A stretch of DNA of 48,260 nt, from NCBI GenBank assembly GCA_000388065.2, contig KB932201.1; one strand, 5' to 3'. The notes under the pieces are model-generated. The model searched no databases. It was not told the DNA's origin and worked only from the letters and a program-made list of their open reading frames with translations. The translations under genes and the position numbers were made by a program. The stretch is from Fonticula alba ATCC 38817. Its lineage: Eukaryota; Protista; Nucleariida. Of this stretch, positions 1 to 12,272 are shown piece by piece. Each line of letters starts with the position of its first letter. Within the stretch, counting starts at the first letter, position 1.

Positions 1-318
1 GGGGGGGGGGGGGGGGGGGCGGGGGGGGAGAGACGGAACCGCGCAGCGGTTGAAGAGGAAGGCTCCTCTCTCGCACCACCCAGGTTGATGGCCCCTGCGC
101 CATTCCACACATTGTTTTTTTTTTGTGTCCGAGCGTTTCATTCGGTGTGTATCCCCTCGTCCCCTCTCCCTCTCTCTCCTTCTCCTTCTCCTCCTCTCTC
201 CTCTCTCCTCTGTCATTTTCCCCGCCCCCTGTCCGATTCCCGACTGACCCGCTCTGTCTGGGTGTGCCCGTGCCCCTCGCCGTTTCCCCCCTCGCCCCTC
301 CCCTTGTGGTCAGTCATC

Positions 319-821
319 ATGTCCGCTGTTGCTGCCACCAAGCCCGGTTTCGAGGCCCCCACCGCCCTCCCCACCACCATCCGCATCACCATCACCTCGA
401 CCGACGTCAAGAAGGCCGAGCGTGTGTGCCGCGACCTCCTCCAGAAGATCAAGACCCGCGACTCCATCGCCTTCAAGGGTCCCATGCGCATGCCCACCAA
501 GGTTCTGCGTCTGACCACCCGTAAGACCCCCAACGGTCAGGGTTCCAAGACCTGGGACAAGTTCGAGATGCGCATCCACAAGCGCGTCATCGACATCACC
601 GCCACCATCACCGAGGCCCGCACTGTCGTACGTCCCCTTGCGCCTTTGTTGCTGCCCCCAGTGTCGGATGTTCTCCTCCCAGAGGCCCTTTTCTGACGCC
701 ACCTGCCTCTCCCCCACTCTCTCCCCCCCCCGGTGCCGCCGTCGCCGCCTCATCATAGACCAACGTCAACATCGAGTCCGGTGTCAACGTTGAGGTCACT
801 GTCCCCAAGACCACCGCCTAA
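319..821 (+). CDS. RPS20: 40S ribosomal protein S20 (uS10); exons 319-627, 759-821; 123 aa
   Basis: IRITITS...[40 protein letters not shown] matches the uS10 family. A GTACGT...ATAG intron restores the C-terminus [15 protein letters not shown] in frame. Confidence 0.97.
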
Positions 822-1670
822 ATGCGCGTTGCATGTGTCTCCCCTTCCCTTTGAGAGGAGCTGGCTGGCCGGCTGTGCATTTGCGCATGCGCTAGTCCAG
901 CAGCTTGCCAGCCAGTGGTATGTTGAACCGTTCGCCCCTCTTCCCCAGCACGCGCTGTGTGTGCCCCTCTTTCGCGTTGGAGGAGGCCCCCCTTGTCTCG
1001 ATGAGAGCAGGCGGCAGGTCTCTCTCTCCCATGCTCTCGTAGGCGGCCCTCGCGCTCTCGGTGATGCACGGGGAACCCGTTGGTGTTCGCGCTGCGCACG
1101 CGCGCATGCGTCCCGCCAGCGCCCCCGGAATGTACAATATACTTTTCTTCACAGAAATATGGCCCCCCCTCTTTTTTGCGTTCCGGTTTTTTGATGTGCG
1201 GGCCGAGACGACACCACCAGGCGTGGTCTGGCTTTCTCACACTTTCTCTCCCCCCTGGGGGTGAGCGTGTCTGCCCGTGCTACATCGGCTGATGCTTTTG
1301 CCCAGCCTCCCGGTGGCCAGCGGCAATCAACCATGACCATGTGTGTGTGTGGCAGTGCTCCCCCCCCCCCCCCCCCAGGCCCAGGAAGACAGGGGAGAGA
1401 GGGTGTCACACGGATGGCCTCTCTCCCCTGTCGCGCCATGTCAGGGTGTTTCACGTTTGTATATTTATTTTGGCAGCAGCGGCACCGGCAGGCAAACTGG
1501 CAACTGCACGGGTTGCTCTCCGTGAAAGTGTATGTCGGTGGGGGAAGGGAAGGGGGAGAAGAGGCACATGGGGGGGGGGGGGGGCGCGCGACCTCACGGC
1601 GCATCTATGTGCGCCGCATGGCAGAGCAGCAAGGGGCAGAGCGGGCCCGCCGCGTCTTCCTACCCCCCCG

Positions 1671-2837
1671 CTAGGCCGAAGTAACAGGCGGGAGGGTCAC
1701 TCGGACCACCACGGCCGTGATGTTGTCCATGGATCCGGAAGTGATGGATGTCTTGACCAGATGGTCGGCCAGCTGGTGGCAGAGGCTGTCTTCGCCGTCG
1801 GCCAGGTCAGCCGAGTCCAGATCCTCGTCGGTGGCGGTCGCCGCGGTGGCCATGGGGTCTGGGCTGCCGGCGGGGCCGGTGCCCCCGCGGCCGGCCTTGC
1901 GCTCGAAGAAGGACAGGGCTTCGGCGGCCAAGTCGTCCGACTTGAAGACATTCCACAGGCCATCGGAGGCCACCACCAGCAGACCCTCGGTGGCGCCCTC
2001 GGCCCGGAGGACCTGCTCCAGGTCGAACTCCACGGTGAAGGGCCGCACCGAGACCGCCGGCTTGAGCGACAGGTCGCCCAGGGCCCGGCTCACGGCCAGC
2101 ACACCGCCCACGCGATTGCGGAACACCAGGCCACCATCGCGCAGGACCCGGTCGCGCTCGTCCGTATCGCGCGGCGTGTGGTCCAGCGACAGGTCGTACA
2201 CCGGGCGCGAGGCCAGCTCGGCCGGGGGGGACCGGAAAATGTCCAACGGCCCGGGGATCAGGACGGCCTTCACGTCGCCGAGATTGCCGACGGTCAAGAT
2301 CCGGCGGCCGGCCGTCGGGTCCTCGGTCAGCAGGCAAACAGCCACCGCGGACCCGGGAAGTCGGACATTGTCATTGGCCAGCTGCTCGTCGATGCGCGCG
2401 AAGGCGCGGTCAATGGCATGGGCAGCGGTGAACTGCGGCGTGGACCCGGCCCCGGAATTGGTGGCCATCGGCCTGGCCTCGGGGCTGGCATTGACGCTGG
2501 CCCCGGCATCGGCCTGCTCGGAGGGGGAACCGGTCTCTGGCGCGGTGGCCGCCTCGGAGTCCGACGGCTCGGAGTCCGATGCGCTGGAGTCCTCCTGGCT
2601 GCCGCTGTTGAGACTTGCCAAAGCGCGCAGCTGGTCGGCCAGCACCTCGGGAAGGACCTCGGCCGTGTGCAGGGCGGTTTTGGCCCCGCCGTGGCCATCA
2701 AACACGCCGACCAGGAAGTTTTTCGACCCGACCGACGGGTAGTCAACTGCAAGGTCCGCCTTCACGACATAGGTGTCCTCCATCGTGCGGCGGAAGGAGG
2801 AGTTTTGTGAGAGCGAGGCCCCGAAGCGAATCTCCAT
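1671..2837 (-). CDS. PP2C/PPM Ser/Thr phosphatase, PTC1-like; single exon, 388 aa
   Basis: Metal-binding motifs are intact: FRRTMED, VFDGHGG, NLGD, LSLDH, LAVSRALGD, ASDGLW, GSMDNIT. Confidence 0.93.
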   Translation of the reverse strand: MEIRFGASLSQNSSFRRTMEDTYVVKADLAVDYPSVGSKNFLVGVFDGHGGAKTALHTAEVLPEVLADQLRALASLNSGSQEDSSASDSEPSDSEAATAPETGSPSEQADAGASVNASPEARPMATNSGAGSTPQFTAAHAIDRAFARIDEQLANDNVRLPGSAVAVCLLTEDPTAGRRILTVGNLGDVKAVLIPGPLDIFRSPPAELASRPVYDLSLDHTPRDTDERDRVLRDGGLVFRNRVGGVLAVSRALGDLSLKPAVSVRPFTVEFDLEQVLRAEGATEGLLVVASDGLWNVFKSDDLAAEALSFFERKAGRGGTGPAGSPDPMATAATATDEDLDSADLADGEDSLCHQLADHLVKTSITSGSMDNITAVVVRVTLPPVTSA

Positions 2838-2961
2838 GGCGGACTCGGTGTGGATTCGGGAGGCGAGGAATCAGGGGAGAGAGAGAGAGGGGGGGGGAGG
2901 AGGGCCAGAGAGGGCCACAAAGAGGGGCAGAGGGGAGACGGGGGAGACGGGAAACGAGCGG

Positions 2962-2963
<2 letters not shown>

Positions 2964-3006
<43 letters not shown>
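2964..3006. repeat. (GA)n microsatellite upstream of the PP2C ATG
   Basis: About 21 GA units read directly from the sequence. Confidence 0.95.
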
Positions 3007-3008
<2 letters not shown>

Positions 3009-4758
3009 GCGGAGGGAGCGGAGGGGGCGTGGGGTCCGGGCGCCGGGGAGATACAGGGGGCGACTGGGCTGCCCAACTGATCCCGGCCTCCCTTGGACCC
3101 CTGCCGGGGTGCGGGAAGTCGCCCCGGGCGGTAGCTTTGCCTCCGTCAGGTGTGAGGCTAGGGGGAGGGACTACGTCGTATGTATGTGTGTAAGGGTGGG
3201 TGTGTGGGTGTAGGTTTGTGGCTGTTTTCCGGATTGGGGACGGGGGGGCCTACCTTCGCGACCTGGCGTCTTCCTGGGCCGGCCAGATGGCACATACCCG
3301 CGGTCAGTCTCCCCCCGCTGCCACGCCCCCTGCTGGCAGGAGCATGCGGGGCTCTGCCAGGGCAGGGGTGCCGTCTGGCGTCGACCCGCGCGGGGCCGGG
3401 GCCGGGGCGAGCGGAGCCAACATACGGAACGAGGGGCTCGCGTTCGCGCGCAGTCCGGGGCTGGCCCGCTCTTGCTCATCCCCCCGGCCGGCCCCGTCCG
3501 GCCCCCCCCCCCCCCCCCCCCGGGGAAGGGGGGAGGGGGGCGAGGCCGCTGGACGCAGTGTGACACCCCGCAGAATAATTTAGCGCTCGGGAGGCGGGGA
3601 AAGGACCTGGCGGGGCGGCCAGGGGAGCCGGCCCACATTATGATGATGCCCCACGACCGTGGTGCATTGTGGTCGTGCCCTGTGCATGGCCATTCCTCCT
3701 TGAGGAGCGCGCGAGACCCGCAGGCAGTGATATATGGGCACAGTTCTTGGACCGTCGTCTCGTCCTCTTGTTTGCCCCTCCCTCGAAGAAAACACCATAT
3801 GAATAAATATATGTCCCCCTCTTTCCATTTCCTTGGCCCCTTTTCTGCATATCCGTGCCGCTTTTTCGGCCTCAGTGTTCTCCTGCCCCCCGCCCCCCCG
3901 CTGAGGGGCTCAAGTTACAGGTGTGTGGGGATACGCAGAGGAGGGCAGGGCTGCTCGTGACTCCTTCCCTGTACCCGGTCACGCGCGAATCACGATATCA
4001 GCCGGATCCTTAGACGCCCCGGGCCAGCTGCCGACGGAGGGCCCGGAAGCAATGTCGACCGGATCGGGTGAGGTTCCACTGGAGCGGGGGACGGGGGAAG
4101 GGCCTGCGCTCACGAGTTCCCCCCCCCCCCCCCCCCCCCCCCTCCCGGCCGCCTCCCGGCCGGCTTCGCGAGAGCGGACACCGCGTCCCACGGCACTCGA
4201 CTTGGGGGTTCTCGCTGCGGCGGGGTGTTACAAAAGGTGCCCTTCGTCCAAGGATACGCCGGGGGCCTTTCCGGCACCAATTCGCGTCTGGCGATCGACG
4301 ACCCCAGGCCATCGGCGCTTGTGTGCGGGAAACTCGGCGGGGCGGGGGACGCGTGCTCCCCCCGCCCTCCTCTCCCGGCCGCACCCCATCCGGTCCAGTC
4401 TGGTCCGGTCCTCCGGGCAGGCCGTTTTTCGGCTGGCCCCCGGGCGGCGGTGTGAGCCCTGTGCATTGCGCGCCCCCGCCACAAGATGCTGCCGCCACTT
4501 CGGCGGCCATGGTTGGCGCGCTGTGTTTGTGCACTTTAGCCGACGTGAAAATGCATTCGTTTGGAGGCGTGTGCCCTGCCTCCTCTCGCGGGACACAGTC
4601 GGAAGCCGGGTGGCTGTGGGTTTCCCAGGCCGCTGGAGGCTGGAGTAGGGGGGGGGGGGCGGGGGGGCGGCATTTTTCTTGCCCCGCCTGGGGACATGTC
4701 CACCGCTCCGGGGGCAGACCATGAATAGCCCCTCGCCTTTCCTCCCCCCTCTCCCCCC

Positions 4759-5430
4759 NNNNNNNNNNNNNNNNNNNNNNNNNNNNNNNNNNNNNNNNNN
4801 NNNNNNNNNNNNNNNNNNNNNNNNNNNNNNNNNNNNNNNNNNNNNNNNNNNNNNNNNNNNNNNNNNNNNNNNNNNNNNNNNNNNNNNNNNNNNNNNNNNN
4901 NNNNNNNNNNNNNNNNNNNNNNNNNNNNNNNNNNNNNNNNNNNNNNNNNNNNNNNNNNNNNNNNNNNNNNNNNNNNNNNNNNNNNNNNNNNNNNNNNNNN
5001 NNNNNNNNNNNNNNNNNNNNNNNNNNNNNNNNNNNNNNNNNNNNNNNNNNNNNNNNNNNNNNNNNNNNNNNNNNNNNNNNNNNNNNNNNNNNNNNNNNNN
5101 NNNNNNNNNNNNNNNNNNNNNNNNNNNNNNNNNNNNNNNNNNNNNNNNNNNNNNNNNNNNNNNNNNNNNNNNNNNNNNNNNNNNNNNNNNNNNNNNNNNN
5201 NNNNNNNNNNNNNNNNNNNNNNNNNNNNNNNNNNNNNNNNNNNNNNNNNNNNNNNNNNNNNNNNNNNNNNNNNNNNNNNNNNNNNNNNNNNNNNNNNNNN
5301 NNNNNNNNNNNNNNNNNNNNNNNNNNNNNNNNNNNNNNNNNNNNNNNNNNNNNNNNNNNNNNNNNNNNNNNNNNNNNNNNNNNNNNNNNNNNNNNNNNNN
5401 NNNNNNNNNNNNNNNNNNNNNNNNNNNNNN
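4759..5430. other. Assembly gap, probably hiding the HDAC N-terminal exon(s). Other gaps: 10422-10686, 15993-16108, 18355-18441, 29350-29491, 38049-38638, 41048-41077
   Basis: N runs. The HDAC reading frame resumes at [14 protein letters not shown], about 55 residues into the family alignment. Confidence 0.9.
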
Positions 5431-5479
5431 CCCCCCCCCCCCCCCCCCGGCTACGTGCATGTGCATATATCCCACACAG

Positions 5480-7656
5480 CGCCCTCCCCGCGCCACGGCT
5501 GCCGACATGACCAAGTTCCACTCGGACGATTACATCAACTTTCTCAAGCGTGTGACGCCAGATAACGCCCGGGATTATGTCAAACTCCAGCAGCGCTGTG
5601 CGTGTGCCCTCGCCACCACCCCATGTCGGAGGCAGGCCCCCTGTGCTCCCCGCTCACCGGCGACTCACCTTCTCCTTTTTTTTCTTCCCCTTCCCCCAAT
5701 ATTCCCTGGGCATAGTCAATGTCCTCGACGATTGTCCGGTCTTCGAGGGGATCTTCGAGTTTTGTCAGATTTCTGCTGGCGGCTCCATCGGTACGAATCC
5801 CAAGCGACATGACATGTTTTTGACGTCTCCCAACCCCTCCCCTCCCTCTTGTGTGCATTACTCACCCCTCCCCCTCCCCCTCCCCCTCCCCTCCTTCGGC
5901 GGTGCCTTGTCAGCCGGTGCCATGAAGCTGAATCACGGCGAAACCAACTGCGCTGTCAACTGGGCCGGCGGTTTGCATCATGCCAAGAAGTGTGAGGCGT
6001 CTGGCTTTTGCTATGTCAATGACATTGTCCTGGCCATCTTGGAGATGTTGAAGTGCGTGTCTCTGCCTTTTCCCGTGTCTTTCGCTTGGCTGACTGTTTG
6101 CTCGGCCTGCCCCACCGAGTCCCGTATATATATATATATGTATCTCTTTCCCTCTCTCGTCCTGCCTCTAATACCCAATCGCCCCTTCCCTGCCAATCGC
6201 CGTTCAAATCCATGGTCATCCGTCCTGCAGATACCACCAGCGTGTTTTGTACATCGACATCGATGTGCATCATGGCGATGGTGTGGAGGAGGCCTTCTAC
6301 ACCACCGATCGTGTGATGACCGTTTCCTTCCACAAGTTCGGCGAATACTTCCCCGGGACTGGTGATATCCGCGATGTCGGCCACGGCCGGGGTCGGAACT
6401 ACTCCGTCAATTTCCCTCTGCGAGATGGCATCGATGATGCTAGCTACGAGAGCATTTTCAAGCCGGTGCGCTCTCCGATTGTTGGCCTTCCTTGGTCACC
6501 ATGTTGTGCTGTGTTGTTTTTCTTCATTTAAAAGGGAACATGCGTCTGACACACACACACACACACACGCACATCCTTCTCCCGGGCAGATTATCGGCCG
6601 CGTGATGGAGTGGTACCGGCCAGGGTCAATTGTCCTGCAATGCGGGGCTGACTCCCTGGCCGGGGATCGCCTTGGGTGTTTCAATCTTTCTAGCCATGGT
6701 GCGCCCTGTTAGTTTCTTTTGCTCTCGCACGCCCACCGGCCGCATCCTGCATGTTGTGCTAATCTTGGCAAGGGCCACCTCCCGGGCACAGGGCATGCCG
6801 AGTGCGTCCGCTACGTACGGAGCTTCGGTCTCCCGACGCTGGTGGTTGGCGGCGGCGGGTATACCATTCGTAATGTCGCCCGCGCGTGGACCGCCGAGAC
6901 GGCCGTCGTCGTTGGTCGCACCCTGCCGAACGGTGCGTCCCTTTTTTTCCTTTCTTTTTTTCCTTTCTTTTTTTCCTTTCGCCAGTCGCGAAGGGGGGAA
7001 GGATACCATGCTCTCACTGCATGCGCGCCTCTGCCTGTGGACGTGCGACTAATTTGCGACCTTCCCCCCCCCCTCCCCCCTTGATGCGCCATGTGTGTAT
7101 GTACGTGAGTGCAGAACTTCCCTTCACCGACTACTTTGAGTACTTTGCGCCAGAGTATCGTCTGGACGTCCGGTCAACCAATATGGAGAATCTCAACAGC
7201 CGGCAGTATTTGGAGGCCTATACGGCGCAGATTATCGACAATCTGCGCGAGGTAGCCCACGCCCCGAGTGTTCAGTCGCACATCACCCCGGGGGACCTGT
7301 TGGACCTCAGCGATCCGGAGGATGGCGAGTGGGACGGCGAGGGGAGCGACGAGGAGACCGGCTCCGGGTCCGCCGGGGCGCGCATCTCCGCGTCGACCAC
7401 CACGCGCCCGCTCAATTCCAACCCCTTTGCCTTCCACCACTCGCGCGAGGCGGCCGCGGCGGCCATGAACTTCGAGCGCCTCTCTCTCGGAGCCAACATG
7501 AGCGGTGGCAGCGGGTGGGGCGACACCCCGGGTGGGCATCCGGTCTTCGGGCTGAACTTGCCGATGGACTCGGACGAGTTTGCCGAGCGGATGGACGGCC
7601 GTGGCACGCGGCATGTGCAAAACTACTCCGAGCTGTCTGTGCCCTTCCCTGAGTAG
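5480..7656 (+). CDS. RPD3: Class I histone deacetylase (RPD3/HDAC1-2 type), 5' partial; exons 5480-5597, 5716-5790, 5914-6052, 6231-6465, 6590-6698, 6792-6932, 7115-7656
   Basis: Motifs [59 protein letters not shown] and [12 protein letters not shown]. All six junctions keep frame. The exact C-terminus is less certain. Confidence 0.95.
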
Positions 7657-9710
7657 ATGCGCGTGCAGGCATGCGTTGCGGGATGTGACCCCCTTCTTCT
7701 TTCCCTCCCGCTCCTCCCTCCTTCTCCGCCCCCTTGTGTGTGTATGTGTGTGTGCACACATGTGCGTACGTATGTGCCTGCACATGGGCGTGCCATGGGC
7801 GCCGCCGTATTTTTTTTTCCCTCTGCGCTCGAACACACGCCTCTTGCTGCTGTGTATGTATGTATGAATATGTATATAAAGATCAAACAATCACGTATGG
7901 CCCTGTGCTCTCTCCCCGTCCCCCCCCCCCTCCTTCCTCTTCTCCCTGGCACCTGCGCTGGAAAATGGCGCGCGGTGTTCCCCCCCTCCCGCTCGTATCG
8001 GCGCCGGCTCATAAGCTGCAGGAAGACACGCGTAGGGGGCGCGCGGGTACACACAAGCGAGCAGGCTATCTCTCTTTGTCTCCCCCCGGGTGCAATGCAA
8101 GAAAAGGGTGTTTGGGTGGGTGTATTGCTGCTGCTGGAAATGCGAGCTGACAGTGGGACAAGAGGATGCTCTCCCTCGGGGGGGAGGGAGGGCAACGTAT
8201 GCGCGCATGTCTCATCCCTTCTCGCTCGAGGGGGATATTCACTGGAGATGGGAAAGAGAGGAGGAGGAGGAGGGGGGAGTTAGAGAGAGAGGGGGGGAGA
8301 GGAGAGGAGAGTAAAAGGAAGAAGAGGAGGAAGAAGGGGAGATTTGTGCCCTCTATTTATTCACTTTTGCATATGAACCGGCATAAGCGAACGGTAAGAA
8401 AGGCTATGTTCTTCCATCTGTCGTGAAAGTGCGATTGGCTCACCTCTCACCAAAGGAAGAGATACAATTGGTGGAGGAGCGCCGACAGTGGGGGAGAGAG
8501 AGGGGAGGAGGGAAAGGGAGGGGGGGGAGGAAAGCAAAAGAGCGCAAAGTGGGGGAGGGGGGGGGGGGGGACGTACGTCGCGGCAAGGGGGGGGGGGGAG
8601 AAGCAACGGGCGCGGCCACGTTCGGTCCTCGGGCACCTTTCTGCCACCTGCACGGCGTGTCGTCGCCTGCTGGGCCTGAACATACTTCTTCCTTGTCTGC
8701 AACTGTGGTCGACACATGCACGAATCCCGGACGCCTCCCTCGCCCTCTCAAGCATTGTATTCCCCCTCCTGGCAGACAGGGAGAGCATGTGGTCGAAGAT
8801 GCACCATGCAGCTGCAGGCGCTTGATGTCGAGCACAGTCACTACACCTTGACCACCGGAGAGGGGGAATGCAATGTTCAGACGGCAGAGCGGACGGCGGA
8901 CACCGGTCATATGCACGGGAAGTACACAGGAGCCGGGGCAGGCGCACTCGGGCGCACAAACGCCCCGTTGACGGAGGAGAAACGCATGGCAGGAGAAAGC
9001 AGGGGAAGACGCACAGCCAGGAGGGAGACAGGAGGGGGAGAGAGAGAGAGGACAGACGGACCAACTTCCGAGAAGGGGGGAACAGCCCCGCCGTCAGGAG
9101 GAAAGGCACCCGCCGCTTCTGGCCTCCCACTCCCCCGGAGAGTCTCCCCCCATGGATGCCTGCTTATATAGTGTGCTCGCGTGGTGAATGGCATTCCTGT
9201 CTGGGCGCGCGCGCACTTTGCCCCGGCGATCGGTTGGCACTCCTCGGCCAAGTCGGGTCGCCAATGGCCTGCGCATGGCATGTCCGCCTGGGCCCTCCTC
9301 GCGGCAGCTTGCGACACTGACGACACACCAACCTCGGCCGCCCTGTTGTTGGTGGTGTCGCGGCCGGCCGCCGGCCGATGCTTTGCCCAAGGGGCCCCCG
9401 GCCGGGTCGCGGTTTCTCCCTCTGTCTCTGGCCCTCGCTCTCTCTCTCTCCCCCCACTCCTGGGGCTGGCCCGATCGGCGCGCAGTTTCGCCCGACAATG
9501 CTTGCCATTGCCGGCCGATCCGCAAGACCTCCCCCTCTCCCTGCCGGGGGAGATCCTTCAGGCTGCACCTGGGGCACGCCTCGGTTGTCAGAGGTATCCG
9601 ACACCCTGCTCCCCCCCCCCTCCCCCCTCCCCTCCCATACATATCTTCCTCCCTGCCCCCCCCCCCCTTTCCCTCCCGTTGAACGCCCAGCGCACATCCA
9701 CATCCGCACC

Positions 9711-10113
9711 ATGACCGTCTTCCACGATGAGATCGAGATCGAGGACTTCGAGTGGGTCGAGCTGAGCGGCCCCGAGGCCGAGGATGCCGGTGGGGGCTAC
9801 TACGAGTACCCCTGCCCCTGTGGCGACACCTTCCGCATCACCCTGCGTGAGTTGGAGGACGGCGAGGATGTTGCCCGGTGCCCGAGCTGTTCGCTGCTGA
9901 TCCGTGTCATTTACGATGCCGTGCGTATTACCCCCTCCCCCCCCCCGCTGCCCCATTCCCTCCTCTCCTCTCTAGCTGGGATTCCATTCCTCGCCACATC
10001 TGTCGCCTTCTCTCTCTCTCTCTCCCTCCCTCCCTCTCTCTGACCGTGCGCCTCCTCTACCGTCCCAAAATGGCTCGCTGCCTGCCTCCCAGGATGACTT
10101 CCTCCCTTCCTAA
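9711..10113 (+). CDS. DPH3: Diphthamide biosynthesis protein 3 / KTI11 (CSL zinc finger); exons 9711-9920, 10093-10113; 76 aa
   Basis: [10 protein letters not shown]...YPCPCGD...[15 protein letters not shown]. The GTGCGT...CCAG intron gives the terminus DDFLPS-stop. Confidence 0.94.
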
Positions 10114-10170
10114 GAGAGATGGCCCCCCCCCCTCCTCCTTTCCTCCCTGAGGACAGCCTAGAAACAACAA

Positions 10171-10177
10171 TATAAAA
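10171..10177 (+). promoter_or_regulatory. TATAAAA: possible TATA box, or a DPH3 3'-end signal
   Basis: Perfect TATA consensus in GC-rich context. Function unverified. Confidence 0.3.
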
Positions 10178-11686
10178 CCCTCCCGAGTGATGGAGAGTCT
10201 GGCGTGTTTCCCGCGCCTCGCCTTTCGCAGGGGCGGAGAGGCCCGATTTGCCCGCCCCCCCCCCTGGTGTCTCTTGTTCTGGAGTCGGAAGCAGCTGATG
10301 GTATGATCACACCTCCACATGCCCACGAATCGATTCATCCCGCCGTTCTGATGGACGGGGAATGGTTCGCCCGCATTGTTGCTGACGGAGCCCGCCGCGA
10401 AGAGCCAGGGGGGGGGGGGGGNNNNNNNNNNNNNNNNNNNNNNNNNNNNNNNNNNNNNNNNNNNNNNNNNNNNNNNNNNNNNNNNNNNNNNNNNNNNNNN
10501 NNNNNNNNNNNNNNNNNNNNNNNNNNNNNNNNNNNNNNNNNNNNNNNNNNNNNNNNNNNNNNNNNNNNNNNNNNNNNNNNNNNNNNNNNNNNNNNNNNNN
10601 NNNNNNNNNNNNNNNNNNNNNNNNNNNNNNNNNNNNNNNNNNNNNNNNNNNNNNNNNNNNNNNNNNNNNNNNNNNNNNNNNNNNNNCCCTGGGTGCTGTC
10701 CCCCACTCTCAGCTCGAGGGAGAAGGGTGCCCCGAGGTGAAAAAGGGGCAGGCCCGTGGAAGGAGGGGGAGGGCGGGGGCGAAAAAAAAAAGGGACACAG
10801 GGGCACACGGGTCTCTTTCGGCGGATGGTCGGAAGCATGCTTCTGGCCGGGGGCGAAGGGACGGAATGCGACCGTCTCCGGAGCCCCGGCCGCCGGGGCG
10901 CGCCAACGAGAAGGGCTGAACAGGGGTAATTAGAAATCCATCGTCCCGATCAGCCCCTTTCCTTCAAGCACCCGTAGGACAGACACACACACACTCACAC
11001 ATAAAGAAGACCGACGCGGGTGTGCCCCCGGCGGGGTACGAATAAAAATATGGCATTTTACCGGTCCCGGCTTCGTCGCGTCCGAGCCAGCTGCAGGGCC
11101 CCGCCTGGTTGGGCTTCGTTCTCCTCAGGGGCGTTGTCAGTGCGCCAGTGTGCCGAGGGTGGGGGGGGAGGGCGGAGCTGTGCCCCTGCCTTTGGCTCCG
11201 ACCCGACCCACTTTTTCGGGGCTCCCCCCCTCGTCGGTGGAAGGTGGCTCATCCCCTGCGTGGCTGGGGGGGGGGGGGGGGGGCGGGCCGGGGGTCCGGG
11301 CAAAAGTGCTCCCCTCCCGCCCCCCCCCCCCGTTCCCCCTGCCCCCGTCTCCGGGCTGGCCACAACAAACAACAGTGCCGGACACCGCGGAGTCCCTGCA
11401 AATGTCTGTGTACTTTGGCTCGGGTCCAGAAGAGAGGCGGACTGGGGCGAGGAAACCTCCCCCACTCTCGGCACATTTCCGGGAACATTTTTCCGGTTCC
11501 CGAGCCCGGGCCCGGGGGCTTGCAGGGTTATGGCACCGCCACCAGCCAGAGAGGCACTTTCCCTTCCTCCCCCCTCCCTCTTTCCCCCTCCCTCCTCCGC
11601 CTTTTCGTTTCCCCTCCCCCCCTCCCCCCCTCCCCATTGGCGACCCGGTCTCCTCTCGTTGCGCACGTCCACCTCCTTCGCCAGTC

Positions 11687-12237
11687 ATGGACCCCACCCT
11701 CAAGTCCGGCGAGCAGCTGCTCGTCCTTGGCCGCTATGCGCGTTCCCTGCTGGCGGCCTTCCACCGGGCCCGCATCCAGCTGAACCCCGAGTCGCCCCAG
11801 CGCCCGGCGGTCCTCAGTGACCCCGCTCTGCAGCCGCTCTTCCGGGCCATGCTCCGGCGCTTCCCCTCCGATGGTGGCCTCACCTCGACCCAGGGCGCTG
11901 ACCGCTTCCAGAAGGTGTGCAAGGACATCCTCGACGCCACGGGCCCCACCTACAACGCCTTCACCCGGCTCGTGGTCTTCCGTGACACCATGTCCAACCT
12001 GCTGGGCGAGTTTTCCAAGCTCTCCTACTCGGTACGCATGCGCCATCCAGCGCCCCGGTTCTATTTTGCCGCGTTTGCCTGTGCCTTCTCACTCCCTCGC
12101 CCTCTCGCTCTCTCGCTCTCTCGCTCTCTCGCTCTCTATCTTCTGCTACTTATTGACACCTGCACTTGTCGATGGCCTTTGTTTCCCTTTGCCTCCTCTT
12201 CTCGCTGCCGTCGCACCTCCTGCTCCGCGCATTCTAT

Positions 12238-12272
<35 letters not shown>

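Noticed and set aside
819-828. TAAATGCGCG stop-start overlap shared by RPS20 and the endophilin gene
   Set aside because: The downstream ORFs are short and low-complexity, and two cases in GC-rich DNA are too few to support reinitiation.
1671-2837. Intronless PP2C as a possible retrocopy
   Set aside because: Catalytic motifs are intact, there is no poly-A remnant or target-site duplication, and other genes here also have exons of 1-2 kb.
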